Counted from the first letter of the stretch, positions 26,391 to 40,013 are shown. The stretch: 64,000 bases of DNA from Octopus vulgaris (GCA_951406725.2 OX597821.1:51460001-51524000); one strand, 5' to 3'. Notes: a model not told the origin generated them from the letters alone. Numbers and translations: made by a program.

Positions 26391-26499
26391 TACCACGTTG
26401 AAAGCACGGGTTCTCGTCCGATCACCGAAGTTAAGCAACGTCGAGATCCTAGATAGTACTTAGATGAGTGACCGCTTGGGAAACCTAAGTGGTGTAAGC
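26391..26499 (+). pseudogene. 5S rRNA pseudogene, 5'-truncated by about 11 nt
   Basis: TACCACGTTGAAAGCACGGGTTCTCGTCCGATCACCGAAGTTAAGCAACGTCGAG..TAGTACTTAGATGAGTGACCGCTTGGGAA..GTGGTGTAAGC matches invertebrate 5S; box A present, box C mutated; single copy, not in an array. Confidence 0.92.
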
Positions 26500-26512
26500 G
26501 TCACACATTTTA

Positions 26513-26679
26513 TAGGTGTATGAGTAGCTGTGTGATAAGTAGCTTGCTTACGAACCAAATGGTTCCGGGTTCAGTCCCACTGCGTGGTACCATGGGCGAG
26601 TGTCTTTTACTATAGCCTCGGGTCGCCCAAAGCCTTGTGAGTGGATTTGGTAGACGAAAACTGAATGAAGCCCGTCGTA

Positions 26680-26680
<1 letters not shown>
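26513..26680 (+). mobile_element. tRNA-derived SINE, family A, 5' half
   Basis: AAGTAGCTTGCTTACGAACCAAATGGTTCCGGGTTCAGTCCCACTGCGTGGTACCATGGGCGAGTGTC.. Confidence 0.92.
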
Positions 26681-26734
<54 letters not shown>

Positions 26735-27390
26735 TTTTCCATATATTGTTCGCCAAATTCCCTTTAGTAAATACAATGGTTGAAAAATCTTATAGGTGCA
26801 TACACTGGCAGAAACACACCTTTCACTCATATGAATGATGATTAATATAGATAACCTCCTTGAATTTAATAATTTGGTTCTATTTATACAACACCATCAT
26901 AGACAAATTTTATACTCATAAAGGACTACTACCAAATTCGTTGAGGTATGTTTTACCTTTGTCTCTCTACCTCGCCCTCCTCTCTCTCTCTCCCTCTCTC
27001 TATCGTAAGCACAATCAAACACACAGACACAAACCTGTCACTTCACCACTGTTTGTTTTTGGCATCTACCCAACCACACACACAATCACGCACACACATA
27101 CACACACATAGACACGAATGCAGTTATATACATACACACACATAGGCACTCAACCATAAAAGCAAAACAACAACACATCACCATTCATATGACTTGCACC
27201 CTGTCACCTTCCTATTCTTAGATCTCTCCCTTAAACCTTGTTTGAACTCTTGAACTTTCTAGAATCTTCTACATTCAACCATTTTTGACGTCACTGCTTA
27301 TAACGGATTATTTTAAAGAAACATTCATTATCGCTATGGGCTCCGTGTGGGCAGCCATTTAAGAGTTCTTGTTCATATTGATGCTGACAT

Positions 27391-27495
27391 AAGTTCCTTG
27401 TTTTTCCTGATGAGAAGGCGGCATAATGCACCCCTTATTCCTTCGAAATTAGGAATATGCAGCCTTCGAAATATATGTCGAGAATAAAGGAATTT
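27391..27495 (+). ncRNA. Type I hammerhead ribozyme with all core nucleotides intact
   Basis: Stem I AAGTTCCTTGTTTTTC / GAGAATAAAGGAATTT; CTGATGA at 27407-27413; stem II GAAGGC/GCCTTC plus GCATA/TATGC; GAAA at 27468-27471; stem III ATATATGT; GUC site ending 27479. Confidence 0.85.
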
Positions 27496-27717
27496 TGTTA
27501 GATCGTCGTTCAACTCCATTCTTTCATTTATTTGTATTAAAAAAACACACACATTTCCACACGAAAGCACGTGATCTCTGCCCTTGGCATGTAGCTTCAA
27601 CCGTGTTTTTCTGACGTGAATTTGCTACCCAGGTATCGGTTAACCGAATTATCCATACTAAGATAATTCATTCAACTACTTAAATATATATGTATATATA
27701 TATATATAATATATATG

Positions 27718-27776
<59 letters not shown>

Positions 27777-27784
27777 GTGTGTGT

Positions 27785-27982
27785 ATGTGTTTGTGTGTCT
27801 GTGTTTGTCCCCTGATGGTGGTGTGTTTACGACCCCTTAACTTAGCGGTTCTGTAAAAGAGACCGATAGAATAAGTACTAGGCTTACAGACAATAAGTCC
27901 TGAGGTCGATTTGCTCGGCTAAAAGGTGGTGCTCCAGCATGGCCACAATCAAATAACTGAAACAAGTAAAAGAGTAAAAGAT
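27785..27982 (+). mobile_element. Family A SINE 3' half with LINE-derived tail
   Basis: GTGTTTGTCCCC..AACTTAGCGGTTC..GGTGGTGCTCCAGCATGGCC..ACTGAAACAAGTAAAAGAGTAAAAG. Confidence 0.9.
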
Positions 27983-28389
27983 AGACCCAGAATGTGATAG
28001 TGAAAGATTTATTTAGTTAACCACACGAGGGCGACAGCCGCCAGTCAATTCCTGCTTCTTAGAAAACCCGTCTATCGGAAGTCAGCTTCGCTGTAGACCA
28101 GCTCCCTAGCTAGCCTGCAGCGAAGTTCTTATCTACAATTTGTCCGACATAAATCTTTGGGCAGTGCACTACACTGTCTTCTTTGAACTTTATTTTATAT
28201 GTGGGTATATAAGTTATTTAATTACATTTCGATGATTAAACAAGGTTATTAAGAGTAAAACGCTAGATTTCATACATCAATCAAAAAATATTGGGCTGTG
28301 TTCAATGACGTTCTGTGTTGTTATTGTTGATGTTGTTATTTTCGCTGTTTAATCTTAAGCCAGCACGCATAGGCCAAAACTAAGCCAAA

Positions 28390-28790
28390 AGGCGTAGCTG
28401 TGTGGTAAAATGATTGCTTCCGAACCACATGGTTCCGTATTCAGTTCCACTATAGCTTTAGGATGACCAAAGCCTTTGTGAGTAGATTTGTTAGGCGGAA
28501 TCTGAAAGAAGCTTATGTGTGTGTGCGTGTGTGTATGGGTATGGGGGGGGTTGTGTGTAAGTATATGTATGTGCCTTCGTGTCTGTGCTTATTTCCATCA
28601 CCACTTGACAGCCGTTGTTGGCATATTTACATCCCCGTAACATTAGTGGATCGGCATAAGGGACTGATAAAATAAAAACCAGGATCAATATGTACTGGTG
28701 TTGATTCGTTCTACTAAAATTTCATCAACGAAGTAGCGCAGCATGACTACCGTCTAATAAGTAGGACAAATAAAAGATAAAGCATGAAAG
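28390..28790 (+). mobile_element. Family A SINE, near full length, diverged
   Basis: Head GGCGTAGCTGTGTGGTAA, internal (TG)n, 3' half and AAAAGATAAA tail. Confidence 0.8.
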
Positions 28791-29548
28791 ATAAATTAGG
28801 ATATTAACCAATATGTCTTCGTGTGATTTGGGGGATTTGGCGGATTTGGCGGATATTGGCTTCAGATGTAGAAACCACTGGACCTCACAGAACACTGTGA
28901 TAGGTAAACACTGAGCTAGCCATGCTGAGATACTGCCTTGAAGAATTTTAGTCGAACGAATTTACCCCAGTACTTACTATTTTTGTAAAGCTTGGTACTT
29001 ATTCTGTTGGTTCCTTTTGCTGAACTGCTAAGTTATGGGAACGGAAACCTCAGCACTAGCTGTCAAGCAGTAGCGGGAGGCAATCTCGTTTTATAATAAT
29101 ATCTACTTCCTGGTTTGTGCTGTATATTGTAATGTTTATTTGAGAAATTACGGAGAGAAAACGTTTATTCTGTTTATGCATTTATACATACTGGACGGAA
29201 TACTTCGATGAATGTTGTAAAGCTCCATCAACATACACCAACATAAATTCATTCTGAAGATGGATCTGTTACGGTATAGAAAAGGTTATATTGGATTCTT
29301 CCAAACAATCGGTAAGGAGCTTAAACGAAAATAGGAATACAACTAGATTTAAAAAAAAATGAAAACTGCACCCTATTTTGTTGAACTTACAAGCGACAAA
29401 TTGGGGCAGTAATATCTAATTCCCTCATTCATCAAATTGTAACCACATGAGAATGGCCACGGCAAATGTGAGGAAAATCCTAGTGTCCCAACATAGAGAA
29501 TTTAGGGCACATAAAGGAATACGCGTGTAGATATGGATATACACATGC

Positions 29549-29615
<67 letters not shown>

Positions 29616-29853
29616 TGTGTGTATCACACACATATATATGTAACACATATATATAAGAGTGTTGTCGTTTCATTTTCATTTTCTACACACACACACTCAC
29701 ACACAAACACATACGCACACTCACTCACTCGTACACACAAATATATCTATTCATTGTTGATCTTATAAGAATTTTATGAACTTTCGAAATAATTCGATAT
29801 AATGAACGTGAAATAATTCATTTTGGGAATAATACTTCTCAAAGCACACCGCA

Positions 29854-29903
<50 letters not shown>

Positions 29904-30782
29904 TATATAAATATTGGGTTGAAAAGCACTTTTTGATTTAAAAAATGACTTTTCTTTCGGAACGTTTTTTTTTTCAACACAATGTTTATATGCTATAGTA
30001 TATAGCTGTATATCTGTGTGTGATGTTCTGTGAGAACCAACATTCCAAAAGATATATAATTGTATCTAGTTAAATATTTATTTACATTGGTGCACGCATG
30101 GCTGTCTAATTAATAATAATAATATGGGATGCTAAAAGTAGGTATGGTTTCGGGCACTGATCTGCTGGACCAAAATAATCAGAAGTTAATGCATGATTTC
30201 GACATCAGTGCTTTTGACTCATCTAATATGTTTCTAGCTCATTTCTCATACAATCCTGAAACATCTCAGTTTCTGACAGTTGTAACGTCATTGTTTTATT
30301 TGAATACATCTGTAAATATTTACTTGTAATAAAATATTAGCATTCGAAGCTACAAGACGTATTAGTTTCAATCATAAAAGTAAGCAGAAATTATGCAAAT
30401 GTATTCAAAAAATATATTCCGGAAAACAATGCAATTGTTAAGATATTTGTAGTGGGATATATTTTAGTTACATTTTCTACAAAAATAGTAACGAAAGTAA
30501 TTAGTCTGATCGAAAACAGTGTTGTTTCACTACGAAATCAATGAATGTTTGGAGACACAAATATTGTTCATTTCCTCTTAAAGTGCGTTTCCGTTTTATA
30601 TATAAAATGGACTCTTAGAAAAAATGCAAAAGAATATATTTTACTGACTTCTGAGATTTGTTTCATTATGTGGTCATATGGAATTTACAGCCATAGTAAA
30701 TTGGTGTTTGGTAGAGTATCTAACAGTAATCGATTTATTATCAGCATCTAGAACTTAACTGTCAATTCCCAGTATATGTATG

Positions 30783-30814
<32 letters not shown>

Positions 30815-32849
30815 TGTATGTATGTGTGTATATATACATGTATGTATTCTTTTATTCTTTCTTTTACATGTATATATAAAATTAATGCATAATATATGGA
30901 TATAACTAATCTGGTGGTAGTCATAAAAATGCACCTTCAATAGATCAGGTTATATATATATACGTATGTGTGTCTGAGTGTGTATTTGAGTATGTGTGTG
31001 TCTGTGTGTGTGTATGTACAGACAGATAGATGGATAAATAGATAGAGAGAGAGAGAGAGACAGAGAGAGAGACAGACAGATAGATATGGCATTACGAAGT
31101 TTGTCACCGTGATAGAAATCAAATGTAGTAACAACAGAACGTTAGGTGAGATAAAGCACAAGAATAATCTAATAGAACATACACGTTTTCTTCCTTTCTC
31201 CATTTACATTTTCTCACCCTTCCCTTCGTTCGCGGTCTCTGCCAGTTCGTGTCACTCTTGCTCTAGTTTGGTATATAAATTATAAAGATTTCCTACATTG
31301 GCATTCAGTATCAAACATGTTCGCAACCAAAATTCGTGACATAGGTATTTTCACAACAAGTGCGACATCATAAAACATGTTCCAAACAGCAATCAATACT
31401 AGGATACTGGCTCTGTTTGCCAAGAACTCACGACAGGAAAATGGTGCAACAATGGTTAAAGTAACAGCGTTAAAAAAAGAATTCACTTTCCATGTCAAAA
31501 ATTGACATCAAGTTATTTTTTCCCGTCTTTGGAGCGTATATCAGTATTGATTCTACCATCAACGAAACAAAATAAAAGAAAAGAAAATGGGTTCCATTTG
31601 TAGATATCCGGGTAGTCATTCGTTCATATAAGAGCACTTTGGCAATTGCAAGCTATTTTCCTTAAGCTGTACAAAATTTCCATTCAACTGCATTTGTTGT
31701 ACAGAACAAGCTGCGAAATATATCGAAGCAAAAATACACACAAGCACACACACACGCACGCACGTACACACACAGGTATACAAACACATACATACATATA
31801 GTTATCGATATCTATACAGATATGGTATACTTAACGTGTGAATATCGTTGAAAATTCAGAGGGCTAAGAGCAGATAATTATACAGACAAGTATATATTGA
31901 TATAGACACACGCACACACAAGCATATTCATACATATGATAATCTGTTTCTTAAAATTTTGCTCTGTTTTACGAAAAAGTAAAATAAATATTTTGTTATG
32001 GGTGAACACATAACTGAAGTATCTGGTGGCCGTTGAGACTGCACTTTTTAATCTGTATGCATGTTTAAAATGATGCTAATTGCCGGATATTGTTTTATGA
32101 ATGTGAACATTAATGTAATTTTGATGGAAGTTGTATTAAAATATTTAAATCTATAATCTCAATTTGAATGGGATTGAGTCGTTTTCAAAATGTCTGCATC
32201 TCTGTTTTAATATAGTCTTGACCTGTCAACCAGTTACCTCTTCAATATATCTTCTGAAATGGAAAGCAATAGTTGGAAACAATACCATTTCGGATTTTGT
32301 ATAAAATAAGCTGGAGTTTATATCGCCCTTGTTTATGATTTCGAGCGTTCCCGAATGATTTTGTAGTCTTCATCTGTGAAGATGTTTTAGTTGTTTTATT
32401 CGGCTAATTAAAGCAGTGAGTGAATAGACGTATAATAAAAAGCGCTCCAGCTATGACCATCGCAGCAGTTAATCCAAGTCTGCATTACCCAGGAAGTACT
32501 ACAGTTTTGACATTAGTAAGTTGTGATTCGATGGACACTTGCTTGCTATATCTATCTATTAAGTAGAGGAAGTTCGGAGAATATTTGTTCCAACAGAGTT
32601 CCTCCAGAAAGATGTGGCTGGTGTATCGATTAAATATTTGCAAGTCGATACTTTCATGAAAAGACTGAGATGGGAAACGGGGTACATTAGCATGAACTGA
32701 TGTGAATAGACTTTTGGAAGATAAGAATTGACTGCAATTCCAACTTTCATTATATATATTTTCGCCATGTCTCTAATTTAGCGTTGAAATTCACAAAATT
32801 TTCTAGAAAACGAGAAGACCTAAGCGCCATGAAAGAAACATCAAAAACT

Positions 32850-33195
32850 AGCAATAAGCGCTAGTTTCAATGGCTGCTGTGCGTGACTGTGGTTTTGAAC
32901 TGGTTGACCAACTATCCTATTCTGATTTGGATCCATCTCACTATCATCTTTTCTTCAACATGAACAAGAATAAAAAAAAAACGCTTGCCTGGAAACCAGT
33001 ATCGCATTGATGATGGCGTCATATCTGCTGTTGATGACGTTTTTGACCGAAAGGAAGAAAGCGTCTTCAACAATATAATCTCAGCATTGAAACACGGATT
33101 GAAATAGCGTGTGCACCGCAGTTGAAATATAAACCCCATTTAGTCGCATTGTATAAGAGCATCCTGACCAACATATGAACTTAACGGCCGACTAC
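32850..33195 (+). mobile_element. Mariner transposase C-terminal fragment
   Basis: Degraded GFELVD..YSDLDPSHYHLF..LPGNQYRIDDGVISAVDD; same family as 53702-54300. Confidence 0.75.
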
Positions 33196-35259
33196 CTCTC
33201 CCTCTCTCTCACGCACACACACACACACGTATGTGGGAATGACGCGAGAACTTTCGCAAGACATCGAAGGTTGATTAGATTGAAACAGTGGCGTACGTGT
33301 TCATCTGAACTACCTACATAGGGACTTAATAAAGGAAAGGAACATCAGCAAGAGAAATTCCAGGGTTGAAAGTTAAAGGAAGTAAGATTATACATATTGG
33401 TCAGAGTGCCAATTCTGATGTCACGTAATGAGTAAAGAAAAAGGAGAATATGAAGATGCAACATAAACAGCCGCAAAGTCTGAAGAGCAATAAATGATTG
33501 CTGTAGCAGTAACTCAAACAGAAGAAACAGGGTCACTGTGAACTCGAAGTTAGTGGGTCACAGGCAGTAAGTGGCTTCGATTTTTGTATGTGTAGCAGCC
33601 GCAGCATGATACGCACGGGAGCTCTTTTCTATAGTTGGTGAATTTAACTGAGGGCGAACAGTGGTTTCAAGAAAAAGTTTGACATTGGAAATTATAGGAA
33701 TGTTTGATCAGACAGAATTTAATTAGATTATTGTTTTTGGTTTAGGAGAGAAGCAGGACAACGTAAGCAACATTACAGTTGAGCATGTGTTCAGTCTGGA
33801 AGCGTGTTTATCTTTGCACTTATAATCAATTTATTTACAATAGTAATGTTACATAGAGTGGAGAGCATGCATGTTATAATTTCACGGTTATTTCTATGTT
33901 TTCTGAATTATGATGAATATGTCATGAATACCTTTCAAACACGTACGCACACATATACGCACACATATACGCACACGCGTATACAGGTACACACACACAG
34001 ATACACTAGCACACATACACACACGCTCGCATACACGCATACATACACATTAACACAAACACACAGAACATAACTAGATTAAAAATCTCACTGATATAGA
34101 GACGTGTGAAATGATGAGAAGGTATGATAGACAAACATGCGTACTTACATATGCATACAAGCATACATAAACATACATACGCACATGTATACAGACAAAC
34201 ATATGTCCAAACATATACATGTAATATATATTGGACAGGCAGAGCGACATATTGCAACAGAACAAAGGGAAATTGTGAAGAAATAAAATATTCACTAAGT
34301 GAATAGAGACAAATTAATGTATAAGTAACGGCGATATATTCAAAGTGTGATTTAATTTATCGATTTCTTTCGAACTGAATAAACTGACACATATCATATT
34401 GATTTATGGGTTATTGATTAGTTGATCTAATGAAGGAATACCCGAGAAACAATTCAAAGTTATTGTACATACACACACACTTGCACACACAGACACATAT
34501 ACACTTAGAAACACACACACTCACGCTCATACAGGCACACATAAATAGAGAAAGTGATATATATATATATATATATGCATATATACATGCATATAAATAT
34601 TTTAATTATCTTAGTTGACAGACAATGAACTCCAACAACTGAATGGTTGCAATGACTGTACCTGATGACCCTACTGCTTCTGAATTCATTGCGGAGGCAC
34701 CTGCCGTGACTAATGTCAAACAAAAGAACTATACTACCCATCCTGACATCTGCATACTCAAATATCAAAATAAGTTCAACATCACCTCACACACCTCAAA
34801 CTCCTTATCATTACTATTCGTTCCTCTCTTTTCACCACATTCTACTCCTCCCCACCAAATACACACAAAAATGCCCTCATACGCTTCATACCCCAATCAA
34901 CTTTCTCATGGTCGAAATTGATAAACAACTCTCAGTTACACAAATGTTAATGCCACATTGCCCGAATGCATGAACATGATCTACTCGGTGTCCATGGATA
35001 TCACGGACTGTATTACAATCATCCTAGTAATACTGCCTATGATCTAAAGGAACATGTGATTTGTGAAGACGCGCGTAGTGAATGCAGTAAAATATTTCTA
35101 AATTTCATCCAAGGATCATTATTCTTCTTCCTATACTTACAGACATACATACACACTCACACACACACATGCAGACACACATCCATACACACACACACAT
35201 ATAAGAGACGAGTCAAAAATAATGGTCATTACATATAATTCCTTTATTAGATTAAATTT

Positions 35260-35357
35260 GGCTTACAGCTGTTTCCCGTAGTCATTAGTGATAGGTCAAT
35301 TGATCAACTGAGGTAGATTGAAAGACCTAACAAAATGGTACTGTCGTCGTCAGAGAC
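35260..35357 (-). ncRNA. Type I hammerhead ribozyme candidate with extended stem II
   Basis: Minus strand GTCT-CTGACGA-[CG..CATT..TAGGTC..GACCTA..AATG..CGG]-GAA-ACAGCTGT-A-AGCC; palindromic stem III, GUA site. Confidence 0.7.
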
Positions 35358-35852
35358 ATTGCTGGAAATAACAAACATTGGCTATTGTATGGGGAAAGTG
35401 GGGGAGGATTGGGATGTTTAAGCAGAATAGTTGAAGGCACATTACAATGGAGTGGTACACATTAAGGTAGTGATATTTAGTAGAAGTAGAAGTAGTAGTA
35501 GGAGAAGTATTGTATTGCCAGACTTGGAAGAGGGACATTCACAAACATAGGTCATCAGACATTACCATATTAACAATGTATATAGATCAGATATTCTCCA
35601 GCTATTGTGTTGAAATTTGATATGGGCATTTCATGGACATGGGTGAGTCTAAGGCAATAATTTTCAGTTTTTAATCTAGCATTGTGGGGAAATAATTTCA
35701 GCGGATTAGAGTAAATTTGCAGAGTAATGCGTTATACCAAAACAATTATGATGAAAGTGACAGCATCAGCATCAACAACATCAAAATCAATAATATCAAT
35801 GGCAATAATATTTATAAAATTACAATAAAATTATGTTTTGTTATTTGGATTT

Positions 35853-36414
35853 AGAGAAAAACGTCCGCCTGCCCCTACTTCATTTTCTCCCAAATTTGTT
35901 TATTTTGTAATATTTTTGCCAAAACTCCCAGTTTTCGAGGTTCCAGAAAATTGCCAAAATTCAGCATTGTGAAATTCCCCACCCCCTTTCTCCCAACTCC
36001 TTAAATTTTTCCCCAACACTAGCCCTAAAACCCTAACACTAACCCTAACCCTAAAACTCTAACCCTAACCCTAACCATAAAATCCTAACCCTAAGTATAG
36101 AAATGTTTTGAAACTTTTGTCCAAATCATGATGTCCGTATTTTTCCGCATATTTAGAAAACAAAATTCTTTAAAAAAATTTTACAAAGAATTTTGGAAAT
36201 TTTTTTCAGAATCATAATCTCCGTACTTTTCAGCATATTTTGAAAAAAAAATTGTAAAAAAAGTTTTAAATGAAGGAAATGGGGCTGGGGGCAGTAATTT
36301 AGAAACGTCGATTTTTGCCAATTTTTTTCAGATTCGTATTCCCCGTAGCCGCAGTTGTGTCGAAAATTTTTTTTTGAGGGTGTTATTTTGAGGGGGAATG
36401 GCGGACGTCTTGCC
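35853..36414. mobile_element. Non-autonomous fold-back (MITE-like) element with internal telomeric repeats
   Basis: Terminal inverted core ACGTCCGCC (35861-35869) and GGCGGACGT (36400-36408), further degenerate internal inverted segments, degenerate (CCCTAA)n at 36023-36094. Confidence 0.7.
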
Positions 36415-36463
36415 ATAATGTGTGTTGTGTTATTTGGATTTCTGTTTTTTTATTATACTTCCA

Positions 36464-36496
<33 letters not shown>

Positions 36497-36594
36497 GGAA
36501 ATATAATAAACAAGCACGAATTTAAATAATATAACACAACACGTTTTAACAAATATACTATTAGTTTCACGCCTAAAAGAAAGAAGGGAAAGAT

Positions 36595-36628
36595 GTTAAC
36601 GTTTTGAATGTTAGTCCTTAATCAGAAG
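36595..36628 (-). ncRNA. Degenerate minimal hammerhead motif
   Basis: Minus strand CTT-CTGATTA-AGGA ctaaca TTC-AAA-ACGT-T-AAC; G8 and G12 mutated, ACGT palindromic stem III. Confidence 0.45.
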
Positions 36629-36834
36629 AGAATAGGAGGTGCAATAAAGAGGAAATGTGGTTGAGAAAGGAAGAAATATAGGACCGTGGGTGCAGAGCAA
36701 CTCTATGTGGGAGTTAAGAAGGGTGGAAGGTGTTCGTATGTGTATATAGAATTGTATCAGTGTTTTGATATGGTAATCAGGTTGTGTGTGACGTTTGGGA
36801 TTCTGCGTATACATGTAGACATATGCATGTGCAA

Positions 36835-36899
<65 letters not shown>

Positions 36900-38222
36900 T
36901 GTATCTGTGCGGCGCATATATTTATGTATGTATATATGTGTATATATTTGCATATGTATTTACCCATGTTTTAAAGTAGACTTTTAGATAAAGTAAAGAA
37001 ATCCCTGTTCTTTTTGGTGATGGTTTCATTCACACCTGACGAGAGAGACATATAATATAAGGTTTTCTAGCTTGACTGTCCAACAGCAAGCACAGTCTAC
37101 TAAGTATCATAATATGTACTTCTTTGTTGATGAAAATTCCAGTTGCAGAAGGTTTGGCTGCTATCACTAGCACATTGAGCGTACACGTATTATACGTTGT
37201 CATTACTGGTTAGCCTTAATTTTAATTTTTTATATTGTGTTATCAAGGAATTTACTGAATTCAATTTTGTAGTAAGATATTATACGTTATTCTCATATAA
37301 CATTTATTCTCATATACATTTCACTGGCATGCAAGAAATAGCAGGCGGCCAAACGATCAAATTCTCTTACCGATGATCTATATTTAGGTGACAACAAATA
37401 TTTACACGAAAGAATAATGTTTATCAAATTCAATATTTTAATAATAAAAATATATTTTAAAAAATTTACTATTCATGTTTCCCATTCAATTACTTTCAAA
37501 ATCTCGTTTTGTTCGGAATGATAGTGTAGCTGAAGAATTATATCTAAAAATACCTTTCTAAGAATTATTGTGGAAGAATATGAACATTTGTTCATACAAT
37601 GATATATGTATATAGTGACAATGTAATAAAGAAGGCTGCCGGGAGCGTCTGGCGTTCCTTCCACTAATACGCTCAATACAATGTGCGTAGAAGACTAAAC
37701 AATTTCTATTACTTAATTTTTTTAATATTTCAAGCTTATGGCACTCAAGCACACACACACACACTCACACATATATTAATATGTGTGACTGGTGTGTATA
37801 TACATACTGTGTATGAGCGTATGTGTATGCATGCGTTTTATATATAAAACATTAAATGATTAAAAGAAACTCCTTAGTTCTCTAAATAGAGTATAAATTT
37901 CTATTTTTTTTTACATGGACACACGCACACACACGTATGCACTTACATGCATAGAAGTATATATACATGCATACACCTACACACACACATATATCCTAGA
38001 AGAAATATGGTACTCAGAAATCTGGATGGTTTTATATTTACAGATTTTTATTAATATGTCACGTTTTTAAAAATCATATATTAGCGCTTGCATCCACTCT
38101 AGTGGCTTCCTCACGTATATATATATACGTATATATGCATATAAATATATAGATATATACATACATGCATACATACATGCAGATATATAGATACATACAT
38201 ACAAGCATACATACACACACAA

Positions 38223-38262
<40 letters not shown>

Positions 38263-39937
38263 AAACAGAAAGAAAGATACACATTTTATTCTATACGAAG
38301 ATACTTTCATATTTTATTCCTTTACAAATAACATAAAAACAAATTTCATTTCCCTCTACATCCCACCACATACTCTCTCACACACACTCTCACAAACATA
38401 CACGCACACTGAGCTTCATGTTCCTTAAACGCCTAAAAATATTATTGTTTAGAGAGACAGTTCTGAATGACTGTTAGTAACTTATATTCCAATATAGAAC
38501 AGTAGAAATAAATCAATTAAGATTGTTGATGTAACATTATTTGTTGAATAAATATTCTCATTTTAATATCTTAACCTAAGAATCTTTAAAAATTATAGAA
38601 TATAATATATCGCATAATATTTACTATATTTAAAATGTTAGCTTATGTTGTGGTGAAAATATTTTTAACCAAAAGCCACACAAAACCAAATTCTTAACCT
38701 GCCAGCAAATAAAAAAAGAAAACTATATCTGCATACTACTTCAAGGGAATATTCTAAGTATGCACCCAAATAAGGACAGTGGCGAAGTTCTGGATAGCCT
38801 GGTCGTTTTCAAATCCCTCAAGCAGAAGTTCTTATAGTTACTCTGAGAGATCTCTTCTCGAGTGCCAGTTCCCTATAGACAATATGATTTGAGATATAAC
38901 TACCTTCCATGCAGTGAACTGGCATACTTAACGCTGTCTTCACTACCTGAGCAGTATGCATCCGGGGAATCCAACATTGGTGTAGATACGAAAGGCGATG
39001 CACGCTTGGATGGTTGTTATGGAGAAGAGGCAGTTGTCTATGATACAGGAACCTTGTTTTCTCTCTCTCCCCCTCTCTCTTTCTCTTCTCTCACTTCCAA
39101 ATGTATAGGAATGGCGAATATATTACAGTTTGTCATCAGTTGCGTCGCATGAGCTGCTCACATAAGGAGTACATAATAATTGACTGTATTAAGGGATTCA
39201 ACACTGAAACTCTGTTAGAATTAGGAATTCTACATACCGAAGACATATAATGATGTGCCTTGCTTAATGACAAAGCAGGCTGGCCATGTAGACTTGAATT
39301 TACGAACCAACACGTGTGAGCGATAAACACACTAAGTACTGAGCCTACCCACCTTCAATACATACACATACACAGACTCACGCGTGGCCAGTGTTCTGCA
39401 CAATTTCCATCTATTCATAAACTATAGGCCAACTCAAGACCATAGCGCAAAACGATTATCAAATGTGCTGCGTTGCAGTATCGAACATGGTTATGAAGTA
39501 GAGCTATAAGTACATAAACTTAACTGCAAACTATCAAGTAGCATTAATATAATAGTAAAAGTAACCTTGTTATGACAAATACTCTAAAGCGCGTGTATGT
39601 GTATGTGTTTTAAAGGTGCTGACGGTGGAGCTACTTAGTTAAGGTGTAGGTTTGTACAGAAGATTGATAGTGCGGCAACTAGGGAATGGATTTAGCTAGG
39701 AAAGAATAAATGGAATCTCACTGTAGCAAAATCGATCCATAACATGAAGCACTGTTATTGGTCTTCATTAACGAAACAGGATTTAGCATTACAGAAATCC
39801 AATGTAAGAACGGGAGGAGACTGCGTTTGGATTCATATCACTTAAATACTTAAAAGCGTTTACTGATATAAGTGCATTTGGGTGGACAAGGAATCATGTT
39901 CAGACGTGTTGCTGAAATTAAATGAGGTGTATCTATC

Positions 39938-40013
<76 letters not shown>

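Noticed and set aside
31280-32350. Faint Tc1-like N-terminal translations
   Set aside because: No catalytic motifs or TIRs; too degraded to support.
36023-36094. Telomeric repeats as a sign of a chromosome end or fusion
   Set aside because: Short, degenerate, single orientation and enclosed in a TIR-bounded element.
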